The position numbers were made by a program, and so were the translations under genes. Shown here piece after piece: positions 1 to 64,000 of a stretch of DNA of 64,000 nt. Under the pieces are notes generated by a model. The model did not search any database. It was given only the letters and a program-made list of their open reading frames with translations, and was not told the DNA's origin. The stretch comes from Octopus sinensis. Taxonomy: Eukaryota. The first letter of the stretch is position 1; each line of letters begins with the position of its first letter. Location: the NCBI RefSeq assembly GCF_006345805.1, contig NC_043006.1:57536001-57600000 (forward strand), given 5' to 3'.

Positions 1-458
1 ATAGTTTATACATTATCTGTATAAACTTCAGGCTAGCGATCCCGATTTCGTTTCGGAGGTGAGTCGAGTGAACAGCGTTGATAAACCGCAACCACGGCGA
101 AATACTGTATTAGCCGTTTACGTTTTCACTTCTGGAGAGATTTCAGTTCGACTAGCTTCGAAGTATACTTTGCTTTTTAACACTATACATATTTAACGGA
201 TTTTTTTCCCCTGAATTTTTCCCATTTTAACAATATATACGTCAAGTGAGTGGTATTGGATATAAGTAATACACACACGTGCAAATACACACATACACAT
301 GGCTACACATGTTCATACCTGTGCGTCTGTGATATATTTGTTTGGAACACCAGCATCTATAGTTTTAATGCTTCCCCATATTTCAAATAACAAATGTCGT
401 CTTGATGATCTCTTCAGTTACTATTTCATCTCACCTCTGTATCTTCACATTTTCACAG

Positions 459-57429
<56,971 letters not shown>

Positions 57430-58397
57430 CCTTTTGAGGCAGACGTCATCATCTGTTATGTAACCCTTTCCCAGATGTCATCTGTTATGCCATATTTTAC
57501 CAGACATCATCATCTGCTATGTCTTCAAATATTTATGCAGCCGTTGTATTTCTAGATATTTCCGTGATCGTTTTTTGTCTTAGAACATTGTTTTTCAGGA
57601 TGTGCCATTAGTAATTTGTAAAGATTTTGTATTATCTCATTAAATATATTTATAAACTCACCTGGTTGTCGTTTTCTTTTTGTTGCGCTGAACATTTTAA
57701 TTAAGATCTTTGTCGAGTGACAGAATTTGCAGATCGCCAGACAAAGACAGGGTTCCTTGCAGTATTCAGGTTTGTCCTCTTAGCTTCTGAGTTTAAATTC
57801 CAAGTTCTAACTTTGACGTTTATAACTAAAGCCCTGACGATTGTACATTTCCGCGCATTTAAATTTGTCTTACCTTTGGATCAAACATTAACGTCACTAT
57901 TTTATATTATTTCAAGGCAAAACTTTCTTAATAAGGTAAGGCAGTGGGCTGTCAGAATAGTTAGCACGCTGGGCAAATTTCTTAGCGGCATTTCGTCCGA
58001 ATTTATGTTCTGAGTTCAAATTCCGCCGAGGTCCACATTGCCTTTCATTCTTTCGGAATCGATGAAATAAGTACCAGTCGAGCACTGGGGTCGATGAAAT
58101 CGACTTCCCCCTCAGGTTCAGTTCCATTGTGTGGTACATAATTCAAGTGACTTCTACTCTAGTTCCGTGCCGGCCATTATTGAATGAATTTAATTCATGG
58201 AGATTATGCGGAATCTTCAGCGCATCCGACAAAATATTTCGCATATTTCTTCCAGCTTGTTACCTTCTTTGTCAAATTCTTCTGAGATCAACTTGGCTGT
58301 TTTACAACGCTTCGAATTCGATAAAGTCAAGTACCACTCAAGCACTGGTATCAATAGTGGAGTACACCCTCCACTCAAAAACTGCTGACTTTGTGCC

Positions 58398-58542
58398 TGT
58401 GGTAAGTAGCTTGCTTATTAACCACATGGTTCCAGGTCAGTCTCACTGCGTGCCACCTTGAGCAAGAGTCTTCTACTTGAGCCTCGGCACGAACAAAGCC
58501 TTGTGAGTGGATTTAGTAGCCGGAAACTGAAGAAAGCCTGTC

Positions 58543-58604
<62 letters not shown>

Positions 58605-58810
58605 TATGTTTGTGTGTCTGTGTTTGTTCCCCCACCATCACTTGACAACCAATGTTGGTGAGTTTACGTCCTCGTAACTTAGCGGTTCGGCAAAAGTAAC
58701 CGATGGAATAAGTACTAGGCTCACAAAGAATAAATCCTGGGGTCGATTTGTTCGACTAAAGGCGGTGCTCCAGCATGGCCCCAGTCAAATGACTGAAACA
58801 AATAAAAGAA
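58398..58810 (+). mobile_element. SINE family A
   Basis: Matches the other copies. Confidence 0.85.
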
Positions 58811-58884
58811 AGAATTAGCATTGATAAGTAGGGAAGTGGCATGAAGGGGAGAGATCATTAGAGTAACATTCTTCACGGTGAGCT

Positions 58885-59083
58885 GACAGAATGTTTAGAA
58901 TACGTGAAAAATACTTAGCGGCATTTCGTCTGCCGTTACGTTCTGAGTTCAAATTCCGCCGAGGTCGACTTTGCTTTTCATCCTTAAGGGTCCATAAATT
59001 AAGTACCAGTGAAACACTGAGGTTGATGTATTCGACAAGTCCCTTCCCCCAAAATTTCAGGCCTTGTACCTTTAGTAGAAAGG

Positions 59084-59152
<69 letters not shown>

Positions 59153-59365
59153 GGCAAGGTAGCAGAGTTGTTAGCATGCTGGGCAAAATACTTAGCAGCA
59201 TTTTGTCTGTCTTTACGTTCTGCGTTCCAATTCCGCTGAGGTCAATTTTTCTATTCATCAATTCGGAGTCGATGAAATAAGTACTAGTTGGGCACTGGGG
59301 TCGATGTAATCGACTTAGCCCCTCCTCGAAACTACTGGCCTTGTGCCAAAATTAGAAATCAATAT
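58885..59365 (+). mobile_element. Two SINE family B units separated by (ATT)n
   Basis: Family B core twice. Confidence 0.8.
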
Positions 59366-60173
59366 TTAGATACGTTCCTCTATGTTCAGAGATTCCAGCT
59401 TGCCGAGTTCAAATTTGCTTTTCTCCCCACGGCACATCCTTGCTGTATAGCCCTAGGACAGTTTCAAGAGAGATTACCTATGGTACACATGTGGACTGTT
59501 GAATGAGTAACCACCACACGCGCACACACACACACACACACACCACACGTTTTTCCAAATATGTCATGTCTCTGTCGATCTAACTCACTGCGTACACATG
59601 TATGCTGTAATAAAACACCCCAGTGTAAAAAAAATTTAAAAAATTCTGGTGTTAATCGATTATATGAGTCCTCTACAAACGCGTGGATCCAGTTTAAAGC
59701 AACTTTACTTACCAAAAAGGTCATCTTAGTCAACTACTTATGCGATTTATATGTACGCAACAACCCTCTGGCGTCTAAAAAAAATCTGATAACATATTCA
59801 TTAAGACGATCTATCAAACTAATCCACCTGCTTGCTTGACTGTCGTCTCACCAAGGACTATTTACTTATTTGCCTATGTACATGCTTGCCTTACCTCTGC
59901 TCGATAACATTCCTCTCCAATGAGTAAACAAACGACGAAGAGACGTGAAGGAGTTTGACGATTTTTGAAGAGGAATGGCATTGAAAGAATTACGTTGCAG
60001 CTGTAGAATGGAGTGATTTGGTTTAGTCGGTCAACTGACTTCATGGGACATTCAATACATACATACAATACATACATACATACATACATACATACATACA
60101 TACATACATACATACATACATACAAAGATACATACATACGTACATGCATGCATGCATACGCGCACGCAGTGAT

Positions 60174-60407
60174 GGCGCGTGGCTTAGTGGTTAGGGTAAT
60201 CGGCTCAGGATCGTGAGTTCGATTACCGGCGGCGCGTTGTGTCCTTGAGCATGATACTTTATTTCACGTGGCGGCTCCAGTCCACTCAGCTGGCAAATAT
60301 GAACAGTACCAGTAATTTAAAGGGCCGGCCTCGACACGTTCTGCGTCACGTTGATTCTCCCTGAGAACTACGTTAAGGGTACACGTGTCTGCGGAGGGCT
60401 CAGCCAC
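60174..60407 (+). mobile_element. SINE family G
   Basis: tggcttagtgg A box, gttcgatt B box. Confidence 0.75.
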
Positions 60408-60412
60408 GCACG

Positions 60413-60463
<51 letters not shown>

Positions 60464-60526
60464 GCACTACTAAGTGTTTTCTATACAGAGAATAGCTGCT
60501 TCATATCTGTGGACTATATATATATA

Positions 60527-60869
60527 TTGGGCAAGTGTCTTCTACTATAGCCCCGGGCCGACCAAAGCCTTGTGAGTGGATTTGGTAGACGGAAACTGAA
60601 AGAAGCCCGTCGTATATATGTATATTATATATATTGGTGTGTGCGTGTATGTTTTGTGTCTGTGTTGTCCCTTAGCATTGCTTGACAACCGATGCTGGTG
60701 TGTTTATGTCCCCGTCACTTAGCAGTTCGGCAAAAGAGCCCGATAGAATAAGTACTGGGCTTACAAAGAATAAGTTCCGGGGTCGAGTTGCTCGACTAAA
60801 GGCGGTGCTCCAGCATGGCCGCAGTCAACGGACTGAAACAAGTAAAAGAGTAAAAAGAGAGTAAAAGAG
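60527..60869 (+). mobile_element. SINE family A, 5'-truncated
   Basis: Starts at ttgggcaagtgtcttctactatagcc. Confidence 0.85.
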
Positions 60870-61773
60870 GATGATGACGATAAGACTGAAGAGCCAAAAC
60901 ATTCCCCAAGTCTGCAAGCCTTCAACACCAATTCTGCATTCTTTAACTTAGCAGATGCTTGGAAAGAGTTGAAGATTACGACTTTCGCAAATGGTTGGAA
61001 GAAGTTGTTGAATAATACTAAACCTGGTTTGGATTTTTTACAGATTTACGATAAATGACTTTCAGTGCCACTATGTAAATGCTGGCAAATAGGAAACAAG
61101 TGAAGACAAATGCTGAAAAATAATGCGAAATTAACGCCACTGATCTTAGTTATTAAGTCTTCACAGATGAATAAATTATGGACAAAGTTCTTCTTAGTAA
61201 TGCAGAAGAGAAAAAAATACATTGAATAAGAAGAAGGACGTCTTCTTACCTAAAGATTGATGAATTATGAATATTTTCGAGAGTAAAGGGTGATCGAAAT
61301 TTAGAAGCAATTTCAAAGTGGCAAACTGCTGAAGCTATGAACTTTCTTTCAAACTAACTTCCTTGACTCGAACTTCTATTTCGCAACCAAGCTGACGGTA
61401 CTAGCCTCCATCTGAGTATATTTCATAGTCTAAACAGAATCGATTCCCTTTTACTTTCCCAATCAAACACAGAATAAAAGCTACTGCATCATCACTATGG
61501 CCCAACGAAATACTAATTAACTATGCTGTCAAAAAAGTTAAATACAATTCACACTCTTTGTTGCAATTTAATGAGGTTATCCTGTGCAGTAGTATGTATT
61601 GTGTGGACATATTTTCATTACATTACAAGCAACGCATAACGCCATCCTTACATGACCTTCAATGTAACAAATTTTTAGCGCGTACTGATGCACGACCCTT
61701 TATTAGTCTGTCTACTTAGAGACTAAAGGACATAACTCACCCCACTCCCGTTAGCCCCGTTATATCGAGGTTT

Positions 61774-61820
<47 letters not shown>

Positions 61821-62015
61821 CACACACACACACACACACACACATGCGCACACACACACCACAAGTGAGGAAGTACAAAGGAGGGATGATCGAGTTCGCT
61901 TTGTTTAGGTGCACCATACCTATTCGCTTATCTATTCGTGATTATAAAATTCCCTTCCCTCTCCTTCCCGCTTACTCTCTATATATGTAAATATGTGTAT
62001 GCGTGTGTGTGCATG

Positions 62016-62054
<39 letters not shown>

Positions 62055-62065
62055 ATATATATATA

Positions 62066-62489
62066 CTCTTTTCTCTCTCTTTTACTCTTTTACTTGTTTC
62101 AGTTATTTGACTGCGGCCATGCTGGAGCACCACCTTTTAGTCAAGCAAATCGACCCCGGGACTTATTCTTTGTAAGCCCAGTACTTATTCTATCGGTCTC
62201 TTTTGCCGAACCGCTAAGTGACGGGGATGTAAACACACCAGCATCGGTTGTCAAGCAATGCTAAGGGGACAAACACAGACACACAAACAACACATACATA
62301 TATATATATATTATATTATACATATATACGACAGGCTTCTTTCAGTTTCCGTCTACCAAATCCACTCACAAGGCATTGGTCGGCCCGGGGCTATAGCAGA
62401 AGACACTTGCCCAAGGTGCACGCAGTGGGACTGAACCCGGAACCATGTGGTGGTTAGCAAGCTACTTACCACACAGCCACTCCTGCGCC
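62066..62489 (-). mobile_element. SINE family A, full-length inverted copy
   Basis: Reverse complement of the 45794-type copy. Confidence 0.9.
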
Positions 62490-62507
62490 TATATATATAT
62501 AATATAT

Positions 62508-62556
<49 letters not shown>

Positions 62557-62615
62557 CATATATATACATATATATACATATATGTATACACACATATATA
62601 TTATAAATGTATATG

Positions 62616-62647
<32 letters not shown>

Positions 62648-63289
62648 TGTGTGTGTGTGTGTGTGCGTGCGTGTGTATGAGAAAGAGAGACAGTAAGAAT
62701 GTATATATGTATACGTGACACACTAGTGGTGACTGTATGCATGTTAATCAAACGCACACGTTTCCGCAAAACCTGCAACTCCCTGAAGCAGGAATAGATA
62801 AAGAATACAGATTACTTCTTAAATTCCGTTTACGATTATTATCTTAAAGTATTATGTCGGAAAATAACAGCTGCACGTATACTCTATGTTTGATAATAAA
62901 TATGGCCATATAGTCTTTTTCAAAGAAAGAAACATTGCAGAAGTTGGTAGTAAGCCATTTGACTTCACTGAGGAAATTTATCAACTACTCCACCACTATC
63001 ATGAGAAATTACGCTTTAACCGTCCTTTGTCTTCTGATGATGGCATTTGCATTTTTCATTGGTAAGGCTTTCCTTGTTTTAAGTCCCCCAAAATATATTC
63101 TATTTCATAACATTTCATTTTTGGTATTCAATAATTAATCCTGCACCACGGACTTATCTTATGTACTCGTACATAAGCACACAATATATATATACAAATA
63201 TATATATATATTATATATATATATATATATAGATATATATATATATATTATATATATATATATATATATACACGCACACACACACATTA

Positions 63290-63330
<41 letters not shown>

Positions 63331-63654
63331 TATTATTATTATTATCATTATCATTATTAAAGATACACGTTTTAAAGCGCTACTAATAGAGAACTCAAAC
63401 ATATTCTTCGGGCGCAAACCACATAGCGTAACGAACTAAAAAAATTGAATAAGTAGAAGAAACGCGATGAAGCTGAGAAGGCAGCATATAGAAAACTTAG
63501 ACAGTAAACAACGGAAAACGAACAACGGAGAAGGAAACTAAAGTGTCAAAATTTAAAAAGTGCTATCCTCCTTCGGCCTTAAATGACAATACTTGAAAGA
63601 TATCAAGGCGGTCAAGAATAGGCAGAATTTTCCAATTCTTCAGAATATATCTAT

Positions 63655-64000
63655 ATATATGCATGCAACCACTGAAAATTTCTGACCTAGAGTTCAATAG
63701 AGGATTAGAGATCTTAGATCTGAACAGGATCTGCGTTCTTTCAGCCAAAGTCTACATTTATTCGATCCATTCACATAGGGTATGGCTTTCTCAATTACTT
63801 TCCATTTAATCATACGCGGTGTTTCGTTATCTTTCAAAGTCTATACATAGCTAACCAACTTAGTAGCTTTGTTTTGGTCCCTATGTCGGAAGGAGGCTAT
63901 GCGATTGGCATAGCGATTTTTAAATTATCCTTTACATAATCCAATATAGGTCTTCTTATCAGTGACGCGTGCCATTCAATTTCGTGATATCCGAGTAACT
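63655..64000 (-). mobile_element. Penelope-like element, decayed GIY-YIG endonuclease C-terminus (runs off the window)
   Basis: KKTYIGLCKG*FKNRYANRIASF...ATKLVSYV*TLK...IKWKVIEKAIPY..CRL.LKE...LLNSRSEIFSGCMH matches the PLE GIY-YIG pattern. Confidence 0.75.

Noticed and set aside
32-58. Possible 27-nt micro-exon (ttcag...gtgagt)
   Set aside because: The open reading gives phase 0/0 whereas the next exon needs phase 1, and there is no family similarity
61755-61780. Isolated Tc1/pogo-like TIR end (ccccgttatatcgaggtttcatac)
   Set aside because: No matching second end was found, so no element can be defined

Overview
This is AT-rich, microsatellite- and SINE-dense eukaryotic genomic DNA. The repeat landscape suggests an octopod cephalopod (inference). 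Most of the window is one + strand multi-exon gene encoding a membrane (receptor-type) guanylyl cyclase of the natriuretic-peptide-receptor-like family. I trace 18-19 coding exons from 459 to 55495/57429, all GT-AG with mutually consistent phases, covering the extracellular domain (5' part lies upstream of the window), juxtamembrane Cys pair, TM helix, kinase-homology domain, coiled coil and cyclase domain. The exon(s) between the TM helix and the kinase-homology domain are missing and coincide with a 100-N assembly gap. Introns and the 3' flank hold many tRNA-derived SINEs, fragments of CR1-, Tx1/L1-, R4/Dong- and RTE-like LINEs, a decayed mariner, a non-autonomous Helitron, a hAT-type MITE and a Penelope-like GIY-YIG remnant. 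The most interesting unexplained signals are: (1) minimal Penelope-type hammerhead-ribozyme motifs in three different intronic repeats, one fused to a tRNA-type SINE head and present as a head-to-head pair; (2) two adjacent near-perfect fold-back palindromes just upstream of the last cyclase exon; (3) a stop codon overlapping a splice donor, which allows two C-termini. SINE family letters A-G are my own labels, and repeat boundaries are approximate.
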